Origin: a virus
Taxonomy: Duplodnaviria > Heunggongvirae > Uroviricota > Caudoviricetes
IMG/VR virus record: IMGVR_UViG_2703718826_000002
Reading direction: 5' to 3' (one strand)
Length of the DNA stretch: 18,148 nt
Within the stretch, counting starts at the first letter, position 1, and each line of letters begins with the position of its first letter. The translations under genes were made by a program, and so were the position numbers. The notes beneath the pieces are model-generated. The model worked only from the letters and a program-made list of their open reading frames with translations, was not told the DNA's origin and did no database searches. Of the stretch, positions 1-10,273 are shown piece by piece.

Positions 1-136
1 ACTTGTTCGCACCTTCCCTATGCATTGCTCATCTTACACACAGCGCAATGTTGTTAGATTACCCCAGCATGGATCATGGGTGAAACAGTAGGTCAGAGCT
101 TCAGGCTCTGTGTTGTCAATACAGTGAGGCATAATT

Positions 137-346
137 ATGGCTTTCATTCAACCAACCATCGACGACGTTAGACATTGCTCTAACGCTTTATCTGTAGACC
201 CTGCCGAAACCGACGCAGCCCGCGCCATTGCTGAACACTACTCAAAGATATCCAATCAGGAGTACCGCATCACCCAAGACGACCTGGATGACCTCACTGA
301 CACAATCGAATATCTCATGGCAACTAACCAGTTAGACTCACAATAA
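137..346 (+). CDS. hypothetical small protein (69 aa)
   Basis: Intact ORF with GAGG Shine-Dalgarno-like motif about 8 nt upstream of the ATG; acidic, no recognisable catalytic motif. Confidence 0.35.
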   Translation: MAFIQPTIDDVRHCSNALSVDPAETDAARAIAEHYSKISNQEYRITQDDLDDLTDTIEYLMATNQLDSQ

Positions 347-389
347 ATGCACTAATAAATCTATTATTTTCGTTTGATCCCTCTATAAT
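346..389 (+). promoter_or_regulatory. candidate C1-type operator (346-362, AATGCACTAATAAATCT, 14/17 to consensus) overlapping a promoter with TATAAT -10 (384-389)
   Basis: Operator-like 17-mer directly after the stop of the 69-aa ORF; consensus -10 hexamer about 70 nt upstream of the 283-aa gene start. Confidence 0.35.
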
Positions 390-456
390 ATAGGTCAGTA
401 ATGACCGGTTTTCTCAGCCGGGCGTTATTGACCATGTCAATTCTGGAGGAGGATCA

Positions 457-1308
457 ATGATAAATTATGTCTACGGCGAACAACTGTACCAGGAGTTCGT
501 CAGCTTCAGGGATCTCTTTCTAAAAAAAGCTGTTGCACGCGCCCAACACGTTGATACAGCCAGCGACGGTCGTCCTGTACGCCCGGTTGTCGTTCTACCG
601 TTCAAAGAAACTGACAGCATTCAGGCTGAAATTGATAAATGGACTTTAATGGCGCGGGAACTGGAACAGTACCCAGACCTCAATATCCCAAAGACTATTT
701 TATATCCAGTGCCTAACATCCTTCGCGGTGTGCGTAAGGTTACAACTTATCAGACAGAAGCTGTGAACAGCGTCAACATGACCGCTGGCCGCATTATTCA
801 TCTGATTGATAAGGACATTCGCATCCAAAAAAGCGCGGGGATCAATGAGCACAGTGCGAAATACATAGAGAACCTGGAAGCAACAAAAGAGCTAATGAAG
901 CAGTACCCGGAGGATGAAAAATTCCGTATGCGCGTACACGGCTTTAGCGAAACAATGCTGCGCGTCCACTACATTTCCAGTAGCCCTAACTACAATGATG
1001 GTAAATCAGTTAGTTACCATGTGCCACTGTGTGGCGTGTTTATCTGCGATGAAACTCTCCGTGATGGAATTATCATCAACGGTGAATTCGAAAAAGCAAA
1101 ATTTAGCCTTTATGACTCCATAGAACCGATCATCTGCGACCGCTGGCCGCAAGCAAAAATATATCGCCTGGCAGATATTGAAAATGTAAAAAAACAAATT
1201 GCCATCACTCGCGAAGAGAAAAAGGTTAAGTCAGCCGCATCAGTTACGCGCAGCCGTAAAACCAAGAAGGGGCAGCCAGTAAACGACAACCCCGAAAGCG
1301 CGCAATAA
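457..1308 (+). CDS. hypothetical phage/plasmid protein (283 aa) with basic C-terminal tail; possibly replication-associated
   Basis: Long ORF with strong RBS GGAGGAGG 6 nt upstream of ATG. Lys/Arg-rich C-terminus suggests nucleic-acid binding. Family assignment (RepL-like or YagK/YfjJ-like) could not be verified. Confidence 0.6.
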   Translation: MINYVYGEQLYQEFVSFRDLFLKKAVARAQHVDTASDGRPVRPVVVLPFKETDSIQAEIDKWTLMARELEQYPDLNIPKTILYPVPNILRGVRKVTTYQTEAVNSVNMTAGRIIHLIDKDIRIQKSAGINEHSAKYIENLEATKELMKQYPEDEKFRMRVHGFSETMLRVHYISSSPNYNDGKSVSYHVPLCGVFICDETLRDGIIINGEFEKAKFSLYDSIEPIICDRWPQAKIYRLADIENVKKQIAITREEKKVKSAASVTRSRKTKKGQPVNDNPESAQ

Positions 1309-1311
1309 ATT

Positions 1312-1333
1312 ATGCCCGGCATCAACCGGGCAT
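1312..1333. terminator. hairpin (8-bp stem ATGCCCGG/CCGGGCAT, 6-nt loop) between convergent genes; candidate bidirectional terminator
   Basis: Perfect inverted repeat 4 nt after the stop of the 283-aa gene; moderately U-rich flanks on both strands. Confidence 0.4.
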
Positions 1334-1558
1334 TCTTCCATTATTCAGCCGCCACCGGTTTTAACAAGCCAGCATCGAGCAGTTTACGCGTCAACCACTG
1401 CTGGCCTTTACCCGTTAATTGAGGCGTCAACCGTATCTGGTAGCCATCTTCATCATCCAGCACCACTTCTTTCACCGTGAAATACCCGCGTTGATGTACT
1501 GCTGGAACGGTACATTTTTACGGCCTCCGGACGCTATCAGAATGCCGTTCTCCCGTAA

Positions 1559-2455
1559 CTAGGCAAACAGCGCATTTTGTTTAAGTCCAACGACCTTTGC
1601 AAAATTCCCAATCAGGATCCCTTTAGCTACTGATACCCGGTCGGCAAAATCGACTTTAGAAGCGGCAGCCACCAGCTGCTGATTTAGCTGGTGGGCTTTC
1701 TGTTCCAGAAGTTGCTTTTGTTCAGCTAACTCGGCAGCCAGGCGCAGAGCTTCTGGAAGCGTCTGGGGGATTGCGACCGGTTGCTGTTCTTTTTGTCGGA
1801 AGTAGCTGTCTTCCAGTTTTTCAAAGAATGCCCATGCCTGATCGGTTTCGAGCATTTTAGCGTGACGGGCAGCTCCTCGTTCTGTCCAGAGGATGAGAGA
1901 GCGCGCTTTGGGGGAGACTGGATTTTGTGAGTAGTTTAAAGCTACCCGCAAATTTTTCAGCTCATCGCCAATAACCTTGAAAAAGTGCTTCGCTTCAACA
2001 AAGCGTACTTTGTTCTCATGATGATTCTGGCGAATGCGAATCGCTTCTGTACCATACCCCTTAGCAAGAGTTTCGGTTGTTACGACACGCACTCCCTGCC
2101 ACTCCAGAACGGGAATTTCATCCGACTGATTTTGAACAACCACCAGCTCTGATTCCTGAACTGAAGGTGCATGAACTTTTTCTGATTTAACGTTAGTAGC
2201 TTTCATTCTGTGTGCCTCCTTGCGTGCTTCGGCTGCGACGGTTGCGTAATTCAGATGCCCCTGTTCGAGCAGGTATTCGCGGATATCAGACAGCAGGATG
2301 CGGTGAACTGCGTTCTTGTCCTTTCTCCGGTAAAGTTGTTTGGTGATCATGAAGTAGTTGGCAATAACGCCCGGTATATCCCTAGTACTGATACAGGCAG
2401 TGTGCTGTTCAATTGCCTCGATCATCTCTTCACGGGTAACTAATGACGTTCTCAT
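1559..2455 (-). CDS. phage antirepressor-family protein (Ant-like; Bro-N/ORF6N-like central region and KilA-C-like C-terminus)
   Basis: 298-aa ORF. Central motif VVTTETLAKGYG...VRFVEAKHFFKV and C-terminal VSVAKGILIGNFAKVVGL resemble antirepressor domains. Start overlaps upstream ORF stop (ATGA). Confidence 0.6.
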   Translation of the reverse strand: MRTSLVTREEMIEAIEQHTACISTRDIPGVIANYFMITKQLYRRKDKNAVHRILLSDIREYLLEQGHLNYATVAAEARKEAHRMKATNVKSEKVHAPSVQESELVVVQNQSDEIPVLEWQGVRVVTTETLAKGYGTEAIRIRQNHHENKVRFVEAKHFFKVIGDELKNLRVALNYSQNPVSPKARSLILWTERGAARHAKMLETDQAWAFFEKLEDSYFRQKEQQPVAIPQTLPEALRLAAELAEQKQLLEQKAHQLNQQLVAAASKVDFADRVSVAKGILIGNFAKVVGLKQNALFA

Positions 2456-2673
2456 AGTCCCTCCTGAGCAGAAGCGTTAACAGGGAGGCACCAGTAACTG
2501 AGAGAATTGCGCAAATCGGTTGAAAAGCGGGCAGAGAAAATGCAGGGAGCGTCAGGAAGCTGAGAATGGGCCTCATCTTCTGTCGGTGCAATAACGAAGT
2601 GATAGTGACGTTTTTGGCAGGAGTAAAAGCGCCAGATAAATTCAGGATGAATTGGGGTAGGGACAGTAGCCAT
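2452..2673 (-). CDS. small protein (73 aa) translationally coupled to the antirepressor; icd-like position
   Basis: Strong RBS AAAGGAGG 8 nt upstream of ATG; ATGA overlap with the Ant-like gene, as in P1 immI icd-ant coupling. Confidence 0.5.
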   Translation of the reverse strand: MATVPTPIHPEFIWRFYSCQKRHYHFVIAPTEDEAHSQLPDAPCIFSARFSTDLRNSLSYWCLPVNASAQEGL

Positions 2674-2858
2674 AATGGCAGCCTCCTTTGACTAAGTTAA
2701 GGAGCTACCGCGTGAGGTCTCAATCTCAATGGCGGTAGCACTGACTGGGTTGAGACTACCGGCGTCAAAGGGAACCGGCCTGCCTTTCGGCAGCCCAGCC
2801 AGCACTACCATTGATTTCGGAGCTAAACGCTACGTATGGCTGTGCGATGGCATGACAC

Positions 2859-2881
2859 AAAAAAAGACGCTTTCGGCGTCT
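2859..2881 (-). terminator. intrinsic terminator (minus strand): stem GACGC/GCGTC, loop CGAAA, followed by U7
   Basis: GC stem-loop immediately followed by seven U in minus-strand sense; sits between the operator-controlled promoter at about 2990-3015 and the icd-like gene. Confidence 0.55.
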
Positions 2882-2980
2882 GTGTCGCCTTTGACATTAT
2901 CCGGGGTCTCAATCCCGGCACCCGTTTTAATGAGGTGCCTGATAAGCATAAACCGAAAATGCCTCAAGGCGCAAGAGGTC
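2882..2980 (-). ncRNA. candidate short structured transcript or leader (c4-like antisense-RNA position)
   Basis: About 100-115 nt between the predicted promoter (-10 TACATT at 2987-2992) and the terminator; contains stem-loops (CCGGG...CCCGG). No convincing protein-coding frame. Confidence 0.2.
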
Positions 2981-2986
2981 AGGTTC

Positions 2987-3029
2987 AATGTAACATCGGC
3001 AGTCAAAAAACACAATTTATTAGAGCAAG
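2987..3029 (-). promoter_or_regulatory. C1-type operator (3013-3029, CTTGCTCTAATAAATTG on minus strand, 15/17) overlapping the -35 (TTGTGT) of a promoter with -10 TACATT
   Basis: 17-mer begins 2 nt after the terminase stop codon; 17-nt spacer between hexamers. Confidence 0.5.
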
Positions 3030-3032
3030 TGT

Positions 3033-4160
3033 TTATTCATTAAGCCATGCCAGAGCTTCATCAACCTGCGCTTCGTCTTCGACGCTAAGCACTTCGTCCT
3101 GGGGAACATAATCCGCCAGCATAGCGAAACAATATGTATCCCAATGGTCTGGTGAGTGCAGGTTGAGTTTTTTCTTCATATCCTCCTTACTCATCACCTT
3201 CCATTGACCTGCGGAGTTAATCCCTACAGGGATTTTCGACGCTTCCTCAATAGTTTCATTACCCTTATCCAGTCTCATACGACCAGATTTTACGGCCTCT
3301 GCGGCTTGAACGTTGGCATAAGCACGTTTATCAAAGTACAGGCTCTTATCTTCACGGCTATGCATCTTTTTACCCCAGCGTATACGCTGTACGGTAATAC
3401 CATAATACTCGTACATCAGATCCGCCGTTGCTTTACCCAGGCCATCGCCGTCTATCGCTATGGTGATATTGGGGAATCGCTCAGGATTACATTCTGCGAA
3501 AATTTTGGCGGCAAGCTGCGTTTCTGTAACGTCTGTGTATTCCAGCATTCGATAGTTGATTACACGGCGTTTATTTCGCTGGCCGGACACCATCATGATA
3601 TTGATAAAGGACTTATCCCGTCCTGTACCACCAGCAACGTCCACACATGCAAGCCAGCCCCATCCTTTGGCAATCTTGACTTTCCGCCGCGTCGCACGTT
3701 CAACCTCATCACGTCCAAGAAGGAAGCCGTCCTGTAATTTAGGGAATAGGCCGCGTACCTTAATCATGTACATAGGGTTATCACGCCCGCCGTACTCCGC
3801 CAGCTTCATTTTGATAAATTCTGACGTTACCAGCGGTGATTCCTCACTGTTAAGCGTGATCGCCGTATAAACGCCATCTGGGTTACCAGGACGCTTGGCC
3901 AGTTTATGGTGAGTATCGTAGAAATAGCCGCTTGGGCGTGTAGGCTGTGACAGTAATAAGATGCGGTTATCCTGTCCGGTAAGAGCACCGGTGATGATAC
4001 CGAAAGCTCTATCACTGACACCGGAGGCTTCATCGATAATATACAGAAGATGATCTGCGTGTTCACCGGCGAGAACTTCTTCACTTCCCAGACGAAAGCC
4101 CTTCGGTACTACAGTCCATACACCTTTACCAGTAGACTGGCCCCCTGAATCTCCAGACAA
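3033..4160 (-). CDS. terminase large subunit, C-terminal portion (Walker B plus nuclease domain); gene interrupted upstream
   Basis: 375-aa ORF starting at a TTG; contains Walker B-like [11 protein letters not shown] and acidic nuclease-domain motifs. In-frame stop 3 codons upstream of the putative start. Confidence 0.75.
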   Translation of the reverse strand: MSGDSGGQSTGKGVWTVVPKGFRLGSEEVLAGEHADHLLYIIDEASGVSDRAFGIITGALTGQDNRILLLSQPTRPSGYFYDTHHKLAKRPGNPDGVYTAITLNSEESPLVTSEFIKMKLAEYGGRDNPMYMIKVRGLFPKLQDGFLLGRDEVERATRRKVKIAKGWGWLACVDVAGGTGRDKSFINIMMVSGQRNKRRVINYRMLEYTDVTETQLAAKIFAECNPERFPNITIAIDGDGLGKATADLMYEYYGITVQRIRWGKKMHSREDKSLYFDKRAYANVQAAEAVKSGRMRLDKGNETIEEASKIPVGINSAGQWKVMSKEDMKKKLNLHSPDHWDTYCFAMLADYVPQDEVLSVEDEAQVDEALAWLNE

Positions 4161-4165
4161 CCAGT

Positions 4166-4183
4166 ATCACTTATTTAAGTGAT
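4166..4183. repeat. 18-bp perfect palindrome ATCACTTATTTAAGTGAT at the break between the two terminase ORFs
   Basis: Revcomp of ATCACTTA is TAAGTGAT; provides stop codons in all three minus-strand frames. Confidence 0.8.
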
Positions 4184-4605
4184 AACAGGTGTCTGGAAAT
4201 ATAGGGGCAAATCCAACCAGTAACCTCATAGAAAGCGGTTTCTGTCAGAACAAAATAATCAGCAAGCCATGGAAAACGGCTGGTGGCAGTAGCCCAGTTT
4301 ATCTTGATGTACTTGAATATACCGGTCATTACCTGCTGAATTTTGTTCGCAACGATAATGGCGCGGGCACCGGGATACATGATTATGAACAACATGATCA
4401 TGATAGAAGTCATGTCTGATTTCCCGGTACCGTGACCAGACGAAACAGATGTCTTGCTACCCTGTTCCTGCACAGACTCAATAATCAGATCCTGCTGCCA
4501 GGTAGGTGTTTTGCCGAACAAAACATCAGCGGCCGCAATCCAGTCATAACGATATAGCGCCACCAGCTCGCGCCAACGTGGATCCGTTACGCAACTTCTG
4601 GCCAT
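4171..4605 (-). CDS. terminase large subunit, N-terminal portion (Walker A SGHGTGKS)
   Basis: 144-aa ORF with P-loop; ends in TAA inside the palindrome. Start overlaps the stop of the upstream acidic protein (TAATG). Confidence 0.7.
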   Translation of the reverse strand: MARSCVTDPRWRELVALYRYDWIAAADVLFGKTPTWQQDLIIESVQEQGSKTSVSSGHGTGKSDMTSIMIMLFIIMYPGARAIIVANKIQQVMTGIFKYIKINWATATSRFPWLADYFVLTETAFYEVTGWICPYISRHLLSLK

Positions 4606-4976
4606 TAATCATCATCCCCGTATAGCTTGCGGGTAACTTCTTCGTCTTCCTCCTCGTCTTCGTCCAGGTCTTGTTCCAGCCATGGGTCGTTTGATACACC
4701 TTCAGTATCAACATCTCCATAACCGCCTGTATCAACGATATCGGCGATTTCTTCCCTACGCTGCTCAATCCACAATGCGGCATCGGCGCGGCGGTTGGCG
4801 GCCCGTTCTCGCGCAACTTTGTCCAGATCTTCAAGAGAAGGGCCACCGACGGCTGTTTGCCTTTCCTCATCATCGGTATTGGTCTTAGGAGCACGCAGAT
4901 CGGCTTTGATTTGCTCCAGCATCAGGGGCGGCACTTTCCCGCCATGCGCCTCGATGAATTCAGCTGCTTCCAGCAC
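4605..4976 (-). CDS. acidic packaging-associated protein, probably C-terminal part of a terminase small subunit
   Basis: 123-aa ORF with poly-acidic C-terminus (DEDEEEDEE); translationally coupled to the large terminase. Frame is open upstream to 5009, overlapping the 104-aa ORF. Confidence 0.45.
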   Translation of the reverse strand: MLEAAEFIEAHGGKVPPLMLEQIKADLRAPKTNTDDEERQTAVGGPSLEDLDKVARERAANRRADAALWIEQRREEIADIVDTGGYGDVDTEGVSNDPWLEQDLDEDEEEDEEVTRKLYGDDD

Positions 4977-5236
4977 TGACCAGTTATTTTCACGCTTTCG
5001 TTCGTACTGTCATCAATCAAAACAGACGAATACTTAGACACAGCGATAGCTTTTAAGCGCAGATAAACATCGCGCTTATCGACATCCAGATGCGGGTATT
5101 CCTTTTCAAGAATTGCTGCGAGTTCTTTCGCTGATAGAAGAGATTTAGTGCGGATCATGTAATTCGCAATCTCGTACGATGTTATTCGTGAGTGATTTAT
5201 TTCCATGAAGTGGCGTCCCTGCCAGTTAAGTAACAT
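4922..5236 (-). CDS. putative N-terminal (DNA-binding) part of the small terminase-like protein; C-terminal tail likely out of frame
   Basis: 104-aa ORF; alternative start at 5206 (MEINH...). Last 18 residues ([18 protein letters not shown]) are the alternate-frame reading of the 123-aa ORF N-terminus. Confidence 0.4.
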   Translation of the reverse strand: MLLNWQGRHFMEINHSRITSYEIANYMIRTKSLLSAKELAAILEKEYPHLDVDKRDVYLRLKAIAVSKYSSVLIDDSTNESVKITGQCWKQLNSSRRMAGKCRP

Positions 5237-5281
5237 CCTGTCACCTACTGATTAGCCCATGTCAACTAATCAACGTGGAAT

Positions 5282-5323
5282 ATAATACCATCGATTAAAG
5301 AAATAGCAATACATTAGAGCAAT
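5282..5323 (-). promoter_or_regulatory. C1-type operator (5307-5323, ATTGCTCTAATGTATTG on minus strand, 14/17) overlapping promoter (-35 TTGCTA, -10 TATTAT)
   Basis: Begins immediately after the stop of the 347-aa gene and precedes the packaging genes; 16-nt spacer between hexamers. Confidence 0.45.
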
Positions 5324-5324
5324 T

Positions 5325-6368
5325 TTATCTAACGCTCGACGAGTAACTTGTGATAGCGCCGACTCCAAGCGCGTAATCAAAGAACAATCGTTGATGCATC
5401 GCCAGCCTACCGTGCGTCTTCTCCCAATTATCGCGGTCACGCTCAATATCACGCTGGCATGACTGGCACAGAGGAATTGCGTAAATGTCATGCGCGCATA
5501 ATCGACTATGACGAACGATATAAGGCGTAATGTGAGCGCCAGCTCCCGCAGCTCCACAGCCACAGCATGGACGGGAAGCCACAAAGTCCATGTACTCGGG
5601 CAATTTTAGCGATTGAAGTTTTGGTATTTTGAAATGCGCCATACCTGGGTCGGAGTCAACATCCACAGGGCATACTTTTGCACGCATCGGCGCGGCGCGT
5701 TCTTCCATCATCTGAACATATGCTGTAGCGCGATCGTCATACGGGCGAATATCCGCCTCTTTCAGAGGTCCGCTATCCTGCGGAGCAGCCTTCATCTTAT
5801 TTATTGATATGCGGCAGACTTCTTCCGGCATCAGGTGCATCATGTTACGCATGAAAGCCCACCAGCACAGCTCCTGAATACTTAAATCATGGCTATCTGA
5901 AAGGCCCATTTCCTGACGGGCGACATCCAGTATCCAGTTAACGCGATTATTGTGCAGCGTTTCTTTCAGCTCATTAAAACCACGCATCCGGTAATGGTTA
6001 TCGTGATGCCAGCACAACAACACCGCGCTATTGTCTCGTTCAGCGTGGACAATATGGTTGTCACACCAGCTACGATCTGCGGCCTGGCATTGCCCCTCTT
6101 TCCTGCGCAACCACGCCACCAGCGCGTCAATTCCACCAATACGGCGAAACAGTTCATCGCTGTTAAAAAACGGCTGCAACGCCTCATTTGTTGCTATAGT
6201 TTGCTCGGAAGCAACGAGGCCGTCGTCCATGTGCTCGATTAACTCACGCGGCACCGGCTCCATAATAAATTTACGGCCAGCCTCCACCAGCTTTCTGACC
6301 TCCTGATCCACTTTGAACGTGGCGAGGCCAAGTTCTTTCTGTACAAAGGGAGTAATTACGGCTTTCAC
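5325..6368 (-). CDS. hypothetical phage protein (347 aa) with Cys/His-rich C-terminal region (putative metal-binding)
   Basis: GTG start with AAGGTG SD; C-terminal [12 protein letters not shown]...C..C.SCQ cluster. Possibly DUF968-like or the pdcB-position gene of P1-like elements; not verified. Confidence 0.6.
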   Translation of the reverse strand: MKAVITPFVQKELGLATFKVDQEVRKLVEAGRKFIMEPVPRELIEHMDDGLVASEQTIATNEALQPFFNSDELFRRIGGIDALVAWLRRKEGQCQAADRSWCDNHIVHAERDNSAVLLCWHHDNHYRMRGFNELKETLHNNRVNWILDVARQEMGLSDSHDLSIQELCWWAFMRNMMHLMPEEVCRISINKMKAAPQDSGPLKEADIRPYDDRATAYVQMMEERAAPMRAKVCPVDVDSDPGMAHFKIPKLQSLKLPEYMDFVASRPCCGCGAAGAGAHITPYIVRHSRLCAHDIYAIPLCQSCQRDIERDRDNWEKTHGRLAMHQRLFFDYALGVGAITSYSSSVR

Positions 6369-6395
6369 ATCACACCTTTAATCACTGATTGGGCT

Positions 6396-6575
6396 TTATA
6401 TGCTGCCCGGCATTCTCTGTTTAAGCACAACCATTTCCTGACGGCATAACACAGCAATAGCGGTCCTGGCACCAATTTGCTTACCAGCCAGGTATTGCTT
6501 TACCTCGCGGCGACTCACGCCATCAAGAAGCATCTTTAACGCTTCACGGGACAATTTGTTGTATTTACGTGCCAT
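6396..6575 (-). CDS. small basic protein (59 aa) downstream of doc (pdcA-like position)
   Basis: Start chosen at internal ATG (6575) with GGAG SD 9 nt upstream, 4 nt after the doc stop; the ORF-track start at 6596 would overlap doc. Confidence 0.4.
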   Translation of the reverse strand: MARKYNKLSREALKMLLDGVSRREVKQYLAGKQIGARTAIAVLCRQEMVVLKQRMPGSI

Positions 6576-6579
6576 TAAT

Positions 6580-6960
6580 CTACTCCGCAGAACCATACAA
6601 TCTACGTAACGTGTCGGCGACAGAAGATACAGATATCTCGCCAGTCGCAGCGCCTACAGTAAGGTCTGCCAGTTCAGGTGAATCAAATACCTGCACCCCG
6701 TTACGGCGTAGAAATAGCAGCGCACTGTTTAGCGCGGTACGCTTATTGGCATCATTGAATATATGCCCTCTCGCCGTAGCCACCAGGTAGGTGGCGGAGA
6801 CTTCGAAAAGGTCGGTGATCTCTTCGTAGGCAACTCTGGCCTGAACTCTCCCGATAATGGCCTCTGCCCTACCCGGATCAGACATTCCCGGCAGGCCGCC
6901 GTAGCGGTTTATATTCGCATCATGAAGCGCAATAAGTTCTTCCGGTGATATATGCCTCAT
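6580..6960 (-). CDS. doc: Doc toxin (death on curing; Fic-fold kinase that phosphorylates EF-Tu)
   Basis: 126-aa protein matching recalled P1 Doc almost residue for residue ([17 protein letters not shown]...[11 protein letters not shown] Fic-like motif); coupled to phd. Confidence 0.92.
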   Translation of the reverse strand: MRHISPEELIALHDANINRYGGLPGMSDPGRAEAIIGRVQARVAYEEITDLFEVSATYLVATARGHIFNDANKRTALNSALLFLRRNGVQVFDSPELADLTVGAATGEISVSSVADTLRRLYGSAE

Positions 6961-7181
6961 TATCGGTTAACCAGTTCCTTGTTGGTGGAGTCCAGGGTGT
7001 CAAACAGGGATGCAAATTCAGCATCCAGCGCCGCTTTTTTGTAGGCTTCAAAAGTAGCCTTGCTGACAATTACTGCTGGCTCACGGCCTCTGCGGGTGAT
7101 TTCAACCTCTTCCCCGGCCTCAACATTGTTGAGCACTTCAGAAAGGTTGCCCCGCGCGGTACGGAAGTTAATGGATTGCAT
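6960..7181 (-). CDS. phd: Phd antitoxin (prevent host death)
   Basis: 73-aa protein [49 protein letters not shown]... matching recalled P1 Phd; 1-nt overlap with doc. Confidence 0.92.
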   Translation of the reverse strand: MQSINFRTARGNLSEVLNNVEAGEEVEITRRGREPAVIVSKATFEAYKKAALDAEFASLFDTLDSTNKELVNR

Positions 7182-7185
7182 AAAT

Positions 7186-7232
7186 ACCTCGTGTACTCGT
7201 TATGTGTACACAATTATAAACTTCACAGACAT
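7186..7232 (-). promoter_or_regulatory. phd-doc promoter/operator: -10 TATAAT (7213-7218, minus strand) with palindromes TGTGTACACA (7203-7212) and GTGTAC (7191-7196)
   Basis: Palindromic GTGTAC-containing sites between the -10 and the phd RBS (GAGG), consistent with Phd/Doc autoregulation. Confidence 0.5.
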
Positions 7233-7296
7233 AAAGCACCAGCACTTTGCGGCTTAACAAACCTCTAGGCAGGTCATTCGTAGCCTAATGTCCGAA

Positions 7297-7325
7297 CTGC
7301 TAAAGCATCCAAGTTGCTGTAGAAT
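7297..7325 (+). promoter_or_regulatory. candidate hsdM promoter with extended -10 (TGT-TAGAAT, 7317-7325)
   Basis: TGnTAGAAT about 30 nt upstream of the hsdM ATG; weak -35. Confidence 0.3.
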
Positions 7326-7357
7326 CACCGCCAATTACATAAGCCTGAAATAAGTGG

Positions 7358-8916
7358 ATGAAAATGACAAGTATTCAACAACGTGCAGAGCTTCATCGTC
7401 AAATCTGGCAAATTGCTAACGATGTCAGAGGTTCGGTCGATGGATGGGATTTTAAGCAATACGTTCTGGGCGCGCTTTTCTACCGTTTTATCAGCGAAAA
7501 TTTTTCCAGCTATATTGAAGCCGGTGATGACAGCATCTGTTATGCGAAACTGGATGACAGCGTAATTACTGATGACATTAAAGACGATGCCATCAAAACC
7601 AAAGGCTACTTCATCTACCCAAGTCAGCTTTTCTGCAACGTAGCTGCGAAAGCAAATACCAATGACAGACTGAACGCAGATTTAAACAGCATCTTCGTTG
7701 CTATCGAAAGTTCTGCTTACGGCTACCCTTCAGAAGCAGACATCAAAGGTTTGTTTGCTGATTTCGATACCACCAGTAACCGCCTGGGTAACACCGTTAA
7801 AGATAAAAATGCCCGCCTGGCTGCGGTTCTGAAAGGGGTTGAAGGGTTAAAACTTGGTGACTTCAACGAACATCAGATTGACCTGTTCGGTGATGCCTAT
7901 GAGTTCCTGATTTCTAACTATGCGGCAAATGCCGGTAAGTCAGGCGGTGAGTTCTTTACACCGCAGCACGTCTCCAAGCTGATTGCACAACTGGCTATGC
8001 ACGGGCAGACCAACGTTAACAAAATCTACGACCCGGCAGCGGGTTCCGGCTCACTGTTGTTGCAGGCTAAAAAGCAGTTTGATAACCATATCATCGAAGA
8101 AGGCTTTTTTGGTCAGGAAATCAACCATACAACCTATAACCTGGCACGTATGAACATGTTTTTGCACAACATCAACTACGACAAGTTTGATATCAAGCTG
8201 GGTAATACACTGACTGAGCCACACTTCAGAGATGAAAAACCGTTTGATGCCATCGTTTCTAACCCGCCGTATTCGGTGAAATGGATTGGCAGCGATGACC
8301 CGACGCTGATTAACGATGAACGTTTTGCCCCGGCTGGCGTTCTGGCCCCCAAATCCAAAGCTGACTTCGCCTTTGTACTACATGCGCTGAACTATCTTTC
8401 TGCCAAAGGTCGTGCTGCGATTGTTTGCTTCCCGGGTATTTTTTACCGTGGCGGCGCGGAGCAGAAAATCCGTCAGTATCTGGTTGATAATAACTATGTC
8501 GAAACCGTGATTTCACTGGCACCGAATCTGTTCTTTGGCACCACTATTGCCGTCAATATTCTGGTGCTGTCTAAACATAAAACGGATACCAAAGTTCAGT
8601 TTATTGATGCCAGCGAATTGTTCAAAAAAGAGACTAACAACAATATCCTGACCGATGCCCATATCGAACAGATTATGCAGGTATTTGCCGGCAAGGAAGA
8701 TGTTGCCCATCTGGCGAAATCTGTTGCGTTTGAGACTGTTGTCGCGAATGACTATAACCTGTCGGTGAGCAGTTATGTTGAAGCGAAAGATACTCGCGAA
8801 ATTATCGATATCGGTGAGCTGAATGCTGAGCTGAAAACCACGGTCAGCAAAATCGACCAGTTGCGCAAAGATATTGATGCGATTGTGGCTGAAATTGAAG
8901 GCTGCGAGGTGCAGAA

Positions 8917-8920
<4 letters not shown>
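7358..8920 (+). CDS. hsdM: Type I restriction-modification system, methyltransferase subunit HsdM (Type IC, EcoR124-family)
   Basis: 520 aa; AdoMet motif [10 protein letters not shown] and N6-adenine motif NPPY (AIVSNPPYS); N-terminus matches recalled EcoR124I HsdM. Stop overlaps hsdS start (ATGA). Confidence 0.95.
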
Positions 8921-10152
<1,232 letters not shown>

Positions 10153-10159
10153 TTGAGCA

Positions 10160-10273
10160 TTTTTACAGACCGGACCACCTTAACATCCGGTCAGTATATA
10201 GACTATTTTCTACACGCCGGAAGTCGCCCTTAACTCCCTTCCGGCCCTTGCCAGACGGCACAAAGGATGCGCT
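10160..10273 (+). promoter_or_regulatory. hsdS-hsdR intergenic region with two inverted repeats (GACCGGA...TCCGGTC; GCCGGAAG...CTTCCGGC); candidate hsdR promoter/regulatory region
   Basis: 121-bp gap, consistent with Type IC organisation in which hsdR has its own promoter; no strong sigma70 hexamers identified. Confidence 0.3.

Noticed and set aside
25-41. Operator-like sequence ATTGCTCATCTTACACA near the left edge
   Set aside because: Matches only the first 7 positions of the 17-bp consensus (about 9/17 overall); the AT-rich 3' half is not conserved.
2729-3111. Plus-strand ORFs 2729-3043 and 2836-3111, and minus ORF 2830-3015, across the leader/terminator region
   Set aside because: They span the operator, promoter and intrinsic terminator, and have Ser/Thr/Cys-rich low-complexity translations; the region is better explained as a non-coding leader or small RNA.
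3156-4084. Plus-strand and nested ORFs across the terminase region (3156-3737, 3556-3870, 3827-4084, 4189-4419)
   Set aside because: They overlap the strongly supported terminase reading frame and lack RBS or motifs; considered spurious.
4380-4400. P1-type pac site (clusters of TGATCA/G hexamers) within the packaging genes
   Set aside because: Only isolated GATC-containing hexamers were found (for example near 4390 and 16245), with no clustered repeats; the pac/cos site is not identifiable from this window.
5613-6306. Plus-strand ORFs inside the 347-aa gene (5613-5807, 5952-6242, 6031-6306)
   Set aside because: Antisense to a long ORF with a good RBS and a Cys-rich motif; no independent support.
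10153-10273. PrrC-type anticodon nuclease gene between hsdS and hsdR, as in the EcoprrI locus
   Set aside because: The hsdS-hsdR gap is only 121 bp with no ORF; no prrC is present.
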